Shown here: positions 29,110-44,473 of the stretch, piece by piece
Layout: each line of letters opens with the position of its first letter
Numbering within the stretch: position 1 is the stretch's first letter
Source of the DNA: Eledone cirrhosa
Taxonomy: Eukaryota
DNA length: 64,000 nt
Assembly: GCA_964016885.1 (NCBI GenBank)
Contig: OZ024750.1
Location: 16,926,001 to 16,990,000, forward strand
Direction: 5' to 3'
Position numbers and translations under genes: made by a program
The notes under the pieces: model-generated
The model's input: only the letters and a program-made list of their open reading frames with translations
Databases searched by the model: none
What the model was told of the DNA's origin: nothing

Positions 29110-30730
29110 CATTATCGTTGCACCAACAACAACAAGAATAACAACAACAGCAACAACAACAACAGCATTAACAGCAACATAACCACCACCAACAACAACA
29201 AGAACAACAACAGCAACAACAACAAAAACAATAACAACAACATCAATACCACCACCACCAACAACAACAACGCCATCAACACCAACAACAACAACAACAA
29301 CAGCAGCAGCAGCAACAACAACAGCAACACTAACAACAACAACGACAGCAACAACAACAACAACAACAGCAAAAACAACAGCAACAACAACAACACCAAC
29401 ACCAACAACAACACCAATACCACCACCACCAGCAACAACAACACCAACACCACCAACAACAACAACAGCAACAACAACAACAACAGCAACACTAACACTA
29501 ACAACAACAACAACAGCAACAACAGCAAAAGCAACAGCAACAACACCAACAACAACACCAACAACACCAATACCACCACCACCAGCAACAACAACAACAC
29601 CAACAACAACAACAACAACAGCAGCAGCAACAACAACAACAACAACAGCAACACTAACACTAACAACAACAACAACAGCAACAACAGCAAAAGCAACAGC
29701 AACAACACCAACAACACCAATACCACCACCACCAGCAACAACAACAACACCAACAACAACAACAGCAGCAACACTAACACTAACAACACCAACAACAACA
29801 ACAACAGCAACACTAACACTAACAACAACAACAACAGCAACAACAGCAACAGCAACAACAACAACACCAACAACACCAATACCACCACCACCAGCAACAA
29901 CAACAACACCAACAACAACAACAGCAGCAGCAACAACAACAACAACAACAACAGCAACACTAACACTAACAACAACAACAACAACAGCAACAACAGCAAC
30001 AACACTGACAGCAGCAACAACAACAACTGAAACCGGCAACAAACATTACTGACAACAACAACAATACCAACAACAACAACAACAACAACACTAACACTAA
30101 CAACAACAACAACAACAACAGCAACAACAACACTGACAGCAACAACAACAACAACAACAACACTGACAGCAGCAACAACACCAACTGAAACCGGCAACAA
30201 ACATTACTGACGACAACAACAAAACCAACAACAACAACAACAGAATCAGTAGAACTGAGCATGACAAGGTTAATATCATCATCGCCATGATTGCTATCTT
30301 CTATCTATCGATATAGCTACCATAGTCATCACCATCATCATCATCATCATCACCATCATAACCAATATTAACATCATCATCATCATCATCATCACCGTTA
30401 ACATCATAACCAATATTAACATCATCATCATCATCATCATCACTGTCGTCGTCATCATCATCATCATCAACGTTATCATCATCGTCATCGTCATCCACAC
30501 CGTCATCATTCACATTACCATCATCATCATCATCATCATCATCGACATTACCATCATCATCATCATCATCATCATCATCGACATTACCATCATCATTATT
30601 ATCATCATCATCATCATCGTCGTCGTCGTCATCCTCATAATTAATATTCACCTCATCACCATCACCATCATCATCATCATCATCACCATCATCGCCATCG
30701 CCACCACCGCCGCCGCCACCGCCGCCGTTA
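29110..30730. repeat. Compound (CAA/CAG)n tract followed by (CAT)n
   Basis: Direct reading of the sequence, with internal longer-range duplications. Confidence 0.92.
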
Positions 30731-30842
30731 CACCTCGGTAATGGGTGAAAAGTTGAATAGATTCTGATGCGTGATGGGAAGAATGGCGAAATCTGTTAAA
30801 ATATTTTCTCTGGACTCGTAAATAGTTTCAGACGAGCTGCAC

Positions 30843-30906
30843 GGTAATGTGGTAATGTGGTAATGTGGTAATGTGGTAATGTGGTAATGTGGTAATGTGG
30901 TAATGG
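30843..30906. repeat. (GGTAATGT)n octamer repeat
   Basis: About 8 tandem units. Confidence 0.9.
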
Positions 30907-31776
30907 TTAGGCTTTTGATTTGGTACATCGCCATTTCTGTAGGATAGGAGGAGAGGTGGCGAGTGGGGGGGGGGGGGGGGGGGGGGGAAGGATGTGTAGA
31001 CTTTTGAATCAATACCAGTATATGTTGTTGTTTAGCCAAAGGTCAGTTTTCGATGAGAAAAAACTATGATCAAATACAGGTATGTGTGGTGGGAGCTCCG
31101 AGACCGCTGGTAGAAAGGGAGGTAATTATCCTCAAATTTGAGACCTGGGTACGGAACCTACAATAGAAGGGCTCCACTAACGACATCTAAGGATTATATA
31201 CCTTTGGCAGCAAGAAAAGATCGCCCTTATTTTATTCAAATTAAATGTAATTTTCATTAAAAAAAAACAAATATTTTTGCAGACTTTATATAAGGAGGGC
31301 ACCATGATCTCAGAAAGGGACTTAATCTGGCCTTGACTAGAGAGTGATACCCGATGGCAGATTAAGTCTAACAAGCTCCGATAAACTTCCACACAACCAT
31401 TGTCTACCAAATTCTACTTACAAGGATATATCCACCAACCAGCGGGCCAATAGCATCGACTTGTGAAGATAGATTGTGATTAGCTCCGTCATAGACGTGC
31501 TCGTCATTTCGAAAGGACCTCCGCCGATCAGTGTTCCAGTAGTTCGATCAACAGAAGTGGCTGTTCATGAAATTAACATGTAAGTAGATAAACATTCCAC
31601 AGAGACGTTTTCCCTTAACGTCATTTCCAGGGAGATTTAAACTGAAGCCGAATTCTTCGTGGTAATTCTCGTAGATTTCCAAACATTTTCATTCACCGAC
31701 TCTCTACAATGACAGACTCAGCAACATCTTTTGTTATCTCCCCTTTTTCTCTCTATTTCTCTCTCTCTTTCTTTCT

Positions 31777-32000
31777 CTCCAGGTAGAAGGAGGAACGTGA
31801 AATAAAGTGTCTTGTTCAAGGACATAACGCATCGCTCGGTTCAAGAATCGAACTGACAACCTCACGATTGCGAATCCAGTTCTCTAACCAATCAGCCACA
31901 CGCCTTCTACCTGAAGTTGCGACCGATAGATAGTATTAGAAATTGGAAAGACCAACGGAAGCATTGTTTCCTCGGTCCAATTTGACGAAAGCCGATCGAT
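31777..32000. mobile_element. SINE family B with an inverted 5' half
   Basis: 31777-31904 is the head in minus orientation and 31903-32000 is the 3' half in plus orientation. Confidence 0.85.
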
Positions 32001-32751
32001 AATTTCTCTGCCCTCGACTAATACTACAGCATTTTCTACTCGACTAATACTACAGCACTTCCCTCTCCTCGACTAATACTACAGAAGTTTCTACTCGTCT
32101 GAAATAGCAAGCTATTTGTCACTCTCACTCAAATCCACTCGATTCTTCTATCTTTACTGCTTTCCTCATCCACCTGTATTATATCTCAGCTAAGAAGACA
32201 TCATGCTAGAAGCTTTTCAACTTCTTCCTCCCACGAATGAAACTCCTTGAAGTTTTCCCTAGAAACACAGACGATTAGAAATTCAGATATAACATACGAA
32301 GAGAGGACATATCAATAAATCAGCAATGTCAGATAGCATATTAGTGGCTAAGGGCTTTCAAATATCGACCCTTTTTTTACGTAATAATAATGATAATATT
32401 CAGCATTATGATAGTTGATAAATATAAATATATAATATTTGTTATTATAATGAGTTGAAAGATTTAGCTTAATCGTGTCTTGTGTATGCAAGTACTAGTG
32501 GCCAACAGTAAAGACCGAAACCAATTGATGAAAAGGTGCCATGCCCCACTCTTCGTCCGTTCTGCCTCATAGTCCCAGCAGACAGAATAGAGACTGCGTT
32601 ACCCTGGAGGAGAACGAGAGAGACACACTGGATGAAATAGACTGTCTGACATATTAAATAATTTGTTAAAACTTGAAGATTTAAATGAAATAACTAACCA
32701 TTTCATTAATAAGCTGATCTCACAAATATTATTTAACAAAAACTATCTTAA

Positions 32752-32972
32752 CCTTTTAGCATTTAAACCGGCCGTATCCGGCAAGAATTCTCTCACCTCT
32801 TTCTGTTCAAACCGGGTGTAACCAGCCGCTCATAATGATATTAAGGTATTGTTCACAACATAAATAATATCAAAATCTCATAGATTCGATATCTCGTGAG
32901 ATAATCATGTGAGGTAAAACGTTTATCATGAAAATATGATAGTAAATATAGAGTAATGTAAATGCTAAAGGT
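32752..32972. mobile_element. piggyBac-type MITE
   Basis: TTAA on both sides (32748-51, 32973-76) and TIRs CCTTTTAGCATTTA/TAAATGCTAAAGGT. A second copy starts at 62034. Confidence 0.8.
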
Positions 32973-33613
32973 TTAAATAAAATTATGATTAAAGGTTTTA
33001 ATATAAGTGTAAATATTTGAAAATGGGTAGTTGTGTATCATAAAAACAGGGCTGTTTCAGACGGGCTGGAATCAAAGGGGCTAAATAATAAATAAAAATA
33101 AGCAACTGCAGGCTTTAGTGTAAGCTCTAAGCTTAGAAATAATGTACCCAAAGTATGTTTTTCAGGATACGTTGATTGAAGCAATCTAGAAAGTTTGTGG
33201 TGATGCTTTGTCAGACGTTGGTCGGCCGCCAGCTGCAAGATGGTTTTAATACAAGATATTAAAATACTTAATACCTGGTAGACGTCCATAAGTACATCAA
33301 TGTGTACACAGTAGTGAGGCTTTGTCTGATGGTACAGTCTTACAAAGAACAACGCATGTATACGTGTATACGTCTCTAGCTTCACACGCTCATACATGCA
33401 AGCGAGTACTGTGAGCACTGAATGGATATTGTGTCTTAATATCTACCGGGAACATATACACACACACACACAAACGCACACAAACACAGACAGAGATACA
33501 CACACACAGACACGGGTGCACACACATATGTGTATATATATATATATATATACACACATATAGTGACGAATATATACATCTAATCAGATATACATACAGA
33601 TACACCGTACTAG

Positions 33614-33682
<69 letters not shown>

Positions 33683-33894
33683 CCATTATTCCATAATCAT
33701 TTATTCCATAAACCTTTATTCCGTAATTCCATTCCAGATGTGATAGCATTGAAAGGAGGAAATGAAATTTTAACAAAGAATACAAGATTAGCAGAATAAC
33801 TGTACCGAAAATAACTGACTCAGTATAACTGATGTTGTTTGGCGGTGATAAATACTGGAAGTTATATATATAAAAATTCAATGTATTTTCTATG

Positions 33895-33935
<41 letters not shown>

Positions 33936-33938
<3 letters not shown>

Positions 33939-34130
33939 AAAAAGTATGACCCCGACGGCAGAGCTCAAGCCGTTTCGACGGCTATTTCTAGTCCAGAAAT
34001 AGCCGTCGAAACGGCTTGTGCTCTGCCGTTGGGGGTCATACTTTTTCCTATTTCCCACTCTACTACCCTAAGTATTGAGTACTCTGGTGCGTTATGATCC
34101 ATCTAGTTCCTTACCACAACTTCTTTGTTA
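33936..34130 (+). mobile_element. Fold-back family P, copy 4
   Basis: Hairpin 33936-34051 plus main-arm tail, with TA repeats on both sides. Confidence 0.8.
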
Positions 34131-34585
34131 TATATATGTATTGCTGGCCTTGTGCCAAAAGTAGAAACAATTATATATATATAATATATATATATATATA
34201 TAGTGTATTTTGTCATACATACTGTATTTTATTATATATATACAGTATTTTTTTATTTTGTGAATTATATATTTCTATATATTCGCGTAAAAATATATAC
34301 ACAGTGCCTCGAACGAATATCCATATATAAACACACACACATATATATACATATATATATATGTATATGTGTGTGTGTATATATATATATACGTGTGTGT
34401 GTCTATATGTGTGTCTATATGTGTGTGTATGTGTGTATATATACAGATATATATATATTTATATTATTTATATATACATAGGTAGCAAGCAATTTTGTTG
34501 AGAAATTATTTATAATAATATTACTTGGCTGTGTACATATTATAAAGCGCTCTTTACTTTATCAATTCTACGGAACCCCTTGACA

Positions 34586-34672
<87 letters not shown>

Positions 34673-34797
34673 CATACATACATATATATATATACATATA
34701 CATATATAAATATACATATATATGAAAAATGGCAAATTACGTGGTGCGTTGTTGCAAATGGGATATATATATATATATATACGGAACCCCTTGACAC

Positions 34798-34884
<87 letters not shown>

Positions 34885-35986
34885 TTGTGTGTGTATTCCA
34901 TAACCGCATTCAATTCAATTATCCCTTTAACCAAACCCCTCACTTGCTCTCCCTAGTCTCCCTACTCCCTCTCTCTCTCTCCCTGCTCTCCTCATACCTC
35001 CATCCCTGTATATTTAGAGATATCATTTCTCCATTCAAACATATCTTTGCTTTCTTCCAAATCTCAATCTGGGTTTCGTTCTAGCAATTTCTTAACCAAA
35101 CCTTCCACCCCGCCTCCATACCCGCTACACTCCCACCCATGGTTGTTTCTGTTATACAAAAACTACCCCCCCCCCCTCACAACCCACACCAGCACCACTA
35201 CGTCAACTCCTATGACATCACCCCTCACTTCCATATCACTCACCACCACTATTCCTCAATCTGAGGCCCCTCGCTTCTATTACAGACTGTCCCACCCTAT
35301 GAATTAGACCCACAGACACCAACACCGCCATCACCACTACCACGACAAGTATCACCACTACCACCGCCACCATAAGGACCACTATCACCACCACCACCAC
35401 CACCACCACCACTACTAACACCACCACCACAATCACCACCACCACCACCACCACGATAAGTATCACCAACACCACCACTAACACCACCACCACCACCACT
35501 ACCACTACTAACACCCACCACAACCATGCCCACCACCACCACCACCACTAACACTACCACCACTAACACCACCACCACCACCACCACCACCACCGCCACT
35601 AACACCACCACCACCGATTTAGGGGCTCCAGTCCTATTCCACCCCTGTTCCACCCAGCTCCTTATAAACAACCAACCACACAGCCGTCTCCACCACCGTC
35701 CACTACTTTAACTAGTCTTACACCCCCTACACTAGATATCCACCCCACCGTCCACTACTCCCTCTTGTCTTCAATCTGGGCCCCTCACCCTATTCAACCC
35801 GGCTCCTTATAACCCTCCTACCCACCCCATATAACTGTTTTAAGCAAACTTTATTCCATTTACACTAAAAGCCAACTGATTTCTCTCTCTCTCTCCTATT
35901 AACATGTCTTTTGCCTCTGTATTATGGGCAGCACAGAGTGCTACAACAACTACTACTACTACTACAACAACTACTACTACTACTAC

Positions 35987-36030
<44 letters not shown>

Positions 36031-36213
36031 ATACTACTACTACCAAATACTACTACTACTACTACTACTACTACAACTACCACTAAAACTACAACAACTA
36101 CCATTAAAATTACAACAGCTACAACAACAACTACAACAGTTACCACTAAAACTACAACAACTACAACTTTCATTGCACGCGCACACACACACGCACATAT
36201 ATATATACATACA

Positions 36214-36376
<163 letters not shown>

Positions 36377-36899
36377 GGTATATATATACATATATATATA
36401 TACCATTTATGTTGTTTATCAATGGGTAGAACTGGTGATTCCGGTTAGTAAAGGAAGATCCATAAATTAAAGCACTCGACGTTATGCAAATCATCCTTCG
36501 CACATGTGGTATCCCGTGGCTAGTGCAGGGACGGAGTTAAATATTCATTAAAAACAACAGATGGTTGGACTGGAAACTTTCTTTAAAACACTATACATCT
36601 TTAAATGCTATATATATTTCAATGGCCCAGTTTGCAAGATTTCGGCGATTTCATCAAATGTTGATTGCAGAATTAGTTATATAAGATAACAGGATCCATT
36701 TACATGAGATAACAACAGCCCATTTCAGGTAGACGCGCGCCATCATCCACTTTCCTAAAAAACAAATCATACTCAAAACGCCAGCATCAACAGTTTTGCA
36801 AGAGATGTCAACATGAATGGACCTATTATTTTTATCTAAAGACATTTTTTTCCAATTCCATCCCGCCCGTCCCCTTAATCTATTTTATTTCTCATTCTT

Positions 36900-36935
36900 T
36901 CTTCTGATGAAGGACTAGCGTCCGAAATGTTAGGA
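36900..36935 (+). ncRNA. Second copy of the same minimal hammerhead, slightly decayed
   Basis: TCTT-CTGATGA-A-GGAC(TAGC)GTCC-GAAA-TGTT-AGGA. The flanks 36845-36950 are homologous to 21484-21590. Confidence 0.6.
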
Positions 36936-37411
36936 CCCTCTTCCTGCTATATCAAGTATACAGTATATACCTTCCATATACTGGTATACAGTATATACCT
37001 TCCATATACTGTACCGATTGTGTTGTTATTTCTGTTTACCTTTTACATATATATATGTATATATAATAGAAAAAACGAAGAACTTTCGTTTACATATGAA
37101 AACAAAAGATGTATTTTTGTAATATATGTGTGTTTATATATAAGCAAAGTTAAATAGAATACTTTTTTCTCTATCTTGTTTTTACTCCCAGAATTAGAGT
37201 TTTTTTTTCATTGAGATGTTAAAATATTAGAGGCTAATTAACCTTTAATTAATATTATTAATATATATCATATATATCAACCATCTCCCATTATACTTGG
37301 ACTACTGGTATTTTTCAAATTCTTTCTTTAATAAATTATATTTTCCGTTGCCGTTGTTATTCTTGTTATACTTCTATATTTGTCTTCATTAAATTCTGTC
37401 AACGCGAGGGA

Positions 37412-37637
37412 TGTTGATCGGCAGTATCGGTAGAGAGTCGGATACCATGCTTTGCAGCATAGAGTTACGGCCCTTTACGGTGTGAATTTAACTACCCGCC
37501 GAGGTTAACTTTGCCTTTCATCCTTACGGGGGTCGATAAAATAAAAGCACCAGTAACGTACTGGAGTCGATTTAATCGACTTTCCTCTCACCCCCCAAAA
37601 AAATTACTGGCCTTGTGCCTATACTAGAAATCATTAT
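37412..37637 (+). mobile_element. SINE family A (long subtype)
   Basis: Full-length match, ending CCTTGTGCCTATACTAGAAATCATTAT. Confidence 0.85.
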
Positions 37638-38305
37638 ATTCTCTCAACGTTTTAAAGTTTGTTTGTTGGCGACCATTTTGAAAATAAAGTCCAGTACGAA
37701 ATAATAAAATAATACAAATAACAAAGAAAAAATAAACTTTCGTCATCTTAATGCGGTTCTTCAGTTAGCGTTAGTGATGTGTGTGTATGTGTGTTGGTGG
37801 TGGTGTGTGTGTTTTGTGGGGACTGGAAAAGAGCGGTGATACTCGCGTGCGTGTAGTGTATGTTATGCATGTAATGTGTAGTGTGCCAAATGGGAAAGGA
37901 AGTGTAGGTGAGGGTGGGGGGTGGGGGGGGGGGGGGGGGGGCACAGGGATCCTAGGGTTGGTTTGGCTGCGTTGATATGTGGTTCGGTTATCTATTGTGG
38001 TGGGGCCCAAATAACTATCCATCATGGATCATCTTTTAACAATGATAATTCGTGCGGCGTGGGTGGTGGCGGATCGGTTACGGGTTAAAAAGGACGCGGG
38101 TAGTGATGGAAAGCGAATACACAGACACAGAGTGAGAGAGAGAGTGTGTGGTGGTACTGAGCGGGTACAATATAGAGAGATAGTTAGGAGAGGGTAAAGA
38201 AAGAGGTATATATACATATATATATATATACACACATACATATATATATATATATACACACATACATATATATATATATATATACACACATACATATATA
38301 AATAT

Positions 38306-38342
<37 letters not shown>

Positions 38343-38480
38343 AATATATATATACACACCCCACTTTATATATATATATATATACACCCCACTCTCACCA
38401 ACCCACCAAGCGTGAAACTAATAATATTTGTAACATTTACTCCTGCGTTTGTCTGTTTCTTGTTTAACTTTTATTCCGAA

Positions 38481-38520
<40 letters not shown>

Positions 38521-38522
<2 letters not shown>

Positions 38523-38712
38523 CGAGGGAAAAGTGGTAAGGGACCAGGTGGACCATAACGCACCAAAGTACTCAATACTTAGGGTAGTAGAGTGGGTAAT
38601 AGGAGTAAGTAAGACCCCGACGGCTGAGCTCAAGCCGTTTCGACGGCTAATTCTGTACTGAATTAGCCGTCGAAACGGCTTGAGCTCAGCCGTCGGGGTC
38701 TTACTTACTCCT
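38521..38712 (-). mobile_element. Fold-back family P, copy 5
   Basis: Main arm plus a perfect inverted arm ending TACTCCTAT, with (TA)n on both sides. Confidence 0.8.
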
Positions 38713-38797
38713 ATATATATATATATATATATATATTTGTAGTAAGGTTGCTTGGATGCTTCCATAGGCGGTATGCCGGTTGAGCACTCTATGCTCC

Positions 38798-38835
<38 letters not shown>

Positions 38836-39567
38836 GGTAAACAGAAATAACAACACAATCGGAACAGTATATGGAAGGGGTGGTATTATAAAGAGAGATA
38901 GTTATGGAGGTGTATGTCAGAGAAGGAAATAGAGAGATAGTTAGTAGAGGGGGAAAGAAAGAGATAGATTGATAGATTGAGAGAGAAAGAGTGAATTATT
39001 AAGAGTGAAATAGAGAAAGATGAGAAAGTAATGTGGAAGTTTGAGAAAGAAAGGGAGAGAGAGAAATGGAGAGAGAGAAAGGGAGAGAGAGAAAGGGGAA
39101 GAGAGAAAGGGTTATGAGAGTGTATGGAGAAATATAGAAATGAATAAAGACTAACAAATGTAGAATATGAATAAAGATAAGATAGAAATAGAAAAATTAT
39201 TAGAAATACTAATATTTAACAGCACAATCACTGTAACTATTACCGTACTAATATAATTAACCCCACAACCGACAATATCACCATCATCACCACCACTACC
39301 ATCACTACCACCACCACCACCACCACCCCCATCACTCCAGCCACTACTAACACCATCATCACCACCACTACCTCCACTACCACCACCACCACCACCATCA
39401 TCACCCCAACCACTACTAACACCATCATAACCACCACACCTACCATCAATATATCCATTACTACCATCATCACAAACATGCTCGTAACATTTGTGTTCGG
39501 GATTATCCCGAATTCACCTTGATTCACAAATGCGGATTTGTTGTCTGGAGAGAAACAGGGTCTAAAC

Positions 39568-39990
39568 CAATCATGGGCAACCTGCGGCCCGCGAAGCTTT
39601 CTGAATGGCTCACCGAAGCCCCCAAAGTGAAATCTTTCTAATTTTTTTTTATCCCAACTTTTCAATCGTAATTTATCTTTCTCTCATTATTACGATCGAT
39701 CTGAGTTCAAATCCCGCCGAGGTTGACTTTGCCTTTCATCCTTACGGGGGTCGATAAAATAAAGTACCAGTAATTCACTGGGTAATTGCTGCCCTTGTGC
39801 CTAAAGTAGAAACAATTATTACGATCGATGAAAACAACCTGTACGACTTCTGAAGAAACAAATTTAAAAAAAAACCCGAGTTACCACCCTTTTTTTATAT
39901 GGGCACGAATGTAAGTTACCGCTTGCGGTCCGCCTGATGATGAGCCATATCTCATGCGGCCCACTTCCCAAAAAAGGTTGCCCATGTCTG
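39568..39990. mobile_element. hAT-type MITE carrying a nested SINE A
   Basis: TIRs CAATCATGGGCAACCT/AGGTTGCCCATGTCTG, subterminal GCGGCCC motifs and a degenerate 8-bp TSD GTCTAAAC/ACCTAAAT. Confidence 0.7.
39701..39814 (+). mobile_element. 5'-truncated SINE A with a 15-bp TSD
   Basis: ATTATTACGATCGAT occurs at 39686-39700 and 39815-39829. Confidence 0.9.
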
Positions 39991-40422
39991 ACCTAAATTA
40001 ACGTGAAATATATGAATGATTCTAAGTTTTTGACTTTTACATGAGACCGATTTTTACGCGAGTATACGTAATTATTTAAGCGATTCTCTTCTCTACTGCA
40101 GCGCATCGATTGGTCGATAAATATATGTATACATTTTGGCGAGACAGTATTCATAATATACACATACACGCAAAATCACTCACATATACCCATATAAATA
40201 TATACACATGCACATGCTTATACGCACTTTAAAAACAGACACAAATACATATAAACACTCTAACAGCAATATAAACGCACATATATACACTCTTACGCAA
40301 ACACACATACGTATATCTATATATATATATATACATACACACACACATATATATATATACACACAAACACACACATATATATATATACACACAAACACAC
40401 ACATATATATATATACACACAA

Positions 40423-40475
<53 letters not shown>

Positions 40476-40578
40476 TATATATATATACACACAAACACAC
40501 ACATATATATATATACACACAAACACACACATATATATATATACACACAAACACACACATATATATATATACACACAA

Positions 40579-40629
<51 letters not shown>

Positions 40630-41295
40630 AATATATAGATGCACACATACACGCCTATATGCATGTATAAACAATTTAAACAGACCGAAGCTGACTATTT
40701 AAATAAGGTTTTGGGTCCCCCATATCACATAGGGAGATGGGAGGGGGGGGAGTTACACGGGGGCGGCGGGGGAGTAGAAAAAAAGGATAGGGGAAGGTAG
40801 ACAAAAGGGAGTAAGGGAAAAGGTTTACTAAAACCTTAATGAATATGTATCGTCAGAGTGATCGTAGGGCCATCTGTGAAGGAGTATTTTGCTGTCCTTG
40901 TGTACCAACGGGCTTAACATTTCAAGCATCGACGTATGGCGTCTGTTACAAGATGGCGGAAAAAAAAGGGCAGGATTGAAGAACGACTGCGTCTGTCTTT
41001 ACGGACGATGATGAGGTTAAAATGGACACCATGTTGGGTTTTAGGTGACAGGTGTAGTATGTTTACATGCAGCGTAAATGATATAGCATGTTTCATCAAT
41101 TGGCCCGGTTAGTTTTCTGTGTGTTTATGTGTGTGTGTGTGTGTGTGTGTGTACGTATGTGTACGTATGTGTGTACGTGTGTATGTCTATGTGCGTGTGC
41201 GTGTGCGTTTCTTTGGTCATATACGTGTGTACATGTGTATTTACATGTGTCAGCGTGTTCGTGTGTATATGTGTATGTGGATGTACAAATATATA

Positions 41296-41440
<145 letters not shown>

Positions 41441-41757
41441 TTATATATATATATATACTGTATATAAATGTATTCATATATACATGCATGTATGTATCTA
41501 TGTATATATATATATATATGTCTGTGTGTGTGTGCATATATATATATATATATATATGCATGACTGTTTGAAAGTATGTATGTATATAAAGAAGTATGTT
41601 TGTATGTATGCATCTATGTCTGTACGTATCTATGAAGGCATGTATGTATGCATGTATGCGTGTGTGCATGTATGTATGGATGGATGGAAGGATGTCTGGG
41701 TATATATTATATATATGCACATGTGTGTATGTATATATATATATATATATGTGTGTG

Positions 41758-41799
<42 letters not shown>

Positions 41800-42195
41800 T
41801 GACTGTTTGAAAGTATGTATGTATATAAAGAAGTATGTTTGTGTTTATTTATAAATATATTAAAATAATATATGCTAATATATGTATATCTGTGTAAGGT
41901 GTATTTGTTAATGCGTTTCTGCTTGCATTAGTCTCGATTTGAGCAAATATTCCATAGAACAATATATTTATAGGTTTGGAGAATATTTAATCTTACATAA
42001 CCAATACATGTTTGCATTTTAATACAAAGCAGAACGTGCTTGAACACTGATTATTCATATTAACAGAGAATTAATATGTCCCAGTAGGTATCGAACGCAC
42101 GCCTCCTCCTCTATAAAGCCGATCACTATATACTGCTACGTGTCTTCGACATAAATATGCATCTTAAACTCTAGTTAAATAGGGAGCCTCAACGT

Positions 42196-42854
42196 CAGTG
42201 TTTCCCCTACTGAGGGTCTGTGGAATCCAGAGGCTCCGTGAGCTAAGTTCAAATATTCAAATAATTTATTATAAACTATTATTTATTTATTCTTCTATAT
42301 ATAGAAACATATATTCTTCTATGATTATTATTCTCACTCTATGACAATTTCAAGCAGTTTTTATAAACATAATACACCCAGCACTGTGTATCCATTTTTC
42401 TCTATGCACAAACCTTTCTCTCTTCTAGTAGTTATTCTCATTGCATGACAATATCAAGCAGTTTTTATAAACATAATACACCCAGCACTGTGTATCCATT
42501 TTTCTCTATGCACAAACCTTTCTCTCTTCTGCTAGTTATTCTCATCAAGCAGTTTTTATTAACATAATACATAAATACACACAACACTATTTATCCATTC
42601 CTCTCTATGTATAGACCTTTCTCTCTTCTGATAGTTAATCTCACTGTATAATAATTTCAAGTGCTTTTATTATAAACATAATATATACAGAATTATTGTA
42701 TCCATTTTTTAAAAAGTATCATATAAACATTTCTCTTTTTCTATTGTTATTCCTGTATCACAATCAAGGAGGGAAGTAAATGTAGCAAATGGATACGTAG
42801 GGGAATTCATTTAAATAAAGGTGTCCTTGGTACTGAATATCTTAGGGACCACTG
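42196..42854. mobile_element. Possible decayed hAT-type element with an internal tandem repeat of about 104 bp (about 4 units, 42329-42760)
   Basis: The ends are CAGTGTTTCCC/AGGGACCACTG with no clear TSD. Units begin TA(T/A)TCTCA at about 42329, 42433, 42537 and 42636. Confidence 0.45.
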
Positions 42855-43842
42855 CTGTATAATTTCGATCGAGAAGCAAGGCATAGTCGTCAAACTCCCT
42901 CGCTGAGTCTGTTTAAAAAGTTAAGGAAATAACATATTGGATAATATATTCCTAGATACACTGTTTCTGAAACCAAAGTGTGGCATTGTCAAGGCGAGAA
43001 GATTTTTGGTCAGAGGTTTCCTCTAACAGAACCACAAAACCATAAAAAACAATCACGTATCGAATATTCTGGCATACTTATTGCCAGTTGATGTTGCTCT
43101 GTATTTCAGAGAAATTGTAATCTTATACAAACACACATATACATACACTCATATATATGTATATACACACATATGCATATACACACAGAAACAAACACAC
43201 GCACACACAGATAAATATATATACATATATACAAGCACCCTGTTATTTTAAGCGTTAACCTAATTTATTCCTTCCATATACTGTACCGATTGTGTTGTTA
43301 TTTCTGTTTACCTTTTACATACATTATATATATATATATATATATATACAAACACACACATACATATATACAACATACATATAATTACACATGCATGTAT
43401 ACGCACGTATGCACACACATACGTACACACACACACAGAGATATGTAGGATATTCAGGTAACGAAAACAAACACCGTTAATTAAAGTCCGTCATTTTAAT
43501 TAAAATTAATAAAAAAAGAAAACCAAGAGATTTAAATCTTTGTCAAAGATAAAGTTGTAACATGTAGAGGATATTCTTATTGAAGTTCTTCTTGCTGTTG
43601 TTATATTTAAAGGTGGTGGAGTAGGTAAGGTATCTAGTTTTAGGTCTTTACGTACTGAGATCAAGACATGCCAAGGTCGTCTTTTTCTTTCATGATTTTG
43701 CGGTCTTATGATAAACTTGCCACATAACTTCTTGAGTGAATTATAGCTCTTTAATGTCTGGCTTTGGTTAAGGTATAAATTATCATCAAAGTTATTGCGG
43801 TTGATATTTAGCTCTAAGAAGTCAGCTCTGATCGCCCATACA

Positions 43843-43923
<81 letters not shown>

Positions 43924-43972
43924 GTCGCTCCCATTCTCTCCCACTCCCCCCCCCCTCTCTCTATATATATAT

Positions 43973-44126
43973 AAGTAGTTCCACAACAGAGTTCACCATA
44001 CCGAGAAGAAATGGTGAAACATGCGTTCTCGGTATGATGAACTAACTGTTGTGGAACTACTTCTACCAAACTCGTCCCATGGACTGAGTGCTCTACTACT
44101 ACGGATATAACCCTCCAGTGTTCTAC

Positions 44127-44130
<4 letters not shown>
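43973..44130 (+). mobile_element. Fold-back Penelope-like fragment (family R)
   Basis: Imperfect hairpin 43973-44062 with GAAACATGCGTT at the loop. The tail is homologous to 12655-12735 (-), which carries the hammerhead-like motif. TA repeats flank both sides. Confidence 0.65.
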
Positions 44131-44182
<52 letters not shown>

Positions 44183-44387
44183 TAGGTTATATTGGAATTT
44201 ATCAATATATGTCCGAGTAAAGATTATAGAATCTCAATGCTAATTGTTATCCTTGTATTCTTGGTCAATCAGTAATCCAAAAGGCAGAATGAATTGTTCA
44301 ACCTATATATATATATTTGTATGTGTGTGTATATATGTATATGTGTGTGTGTGTGTAGAGAGAGAGAGACAGAGAGAGAGAGAGAAA

Positions 44388-44428
<41 letters not shown>

Positions 44429-44473
44429 GGGAGCCAATGAGTCCAACAAATGGCATATTATTGAATTCAATAT

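Noticed and set aside
23929-30651. Long mucin-like, poly-Val, poly-Glu and poly-Asp ORFs
   Set aside because: These are trinucleotide-based repeats open in several frames and on both strands, with no supporting splice sites or domains.
30843-30906. Telomeric repeat
   Set aside because: The unit GGTAATGT is not TTAGGG-type, and the tract is short and internal.
39934-39960. CTGATGA plus a small stem as a hammerhead
   Set aside because: There is no GAAA or stem III, and it lies in the hAT MITE subterminal region.
41556-41845. Direct repeat of about 50 bp as LTR or TSD
   Set aside because: It is a local slippage duplication inside a compound TA/TG microsatellite. The repeats at 34569/34780 and 58050/58187 look similar.
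43506-44069. 187-aa minus-strand ORF
   Set aside because: It runs through TA/GA microsatellites and a fold-back fragment, and no domain was recognisable.
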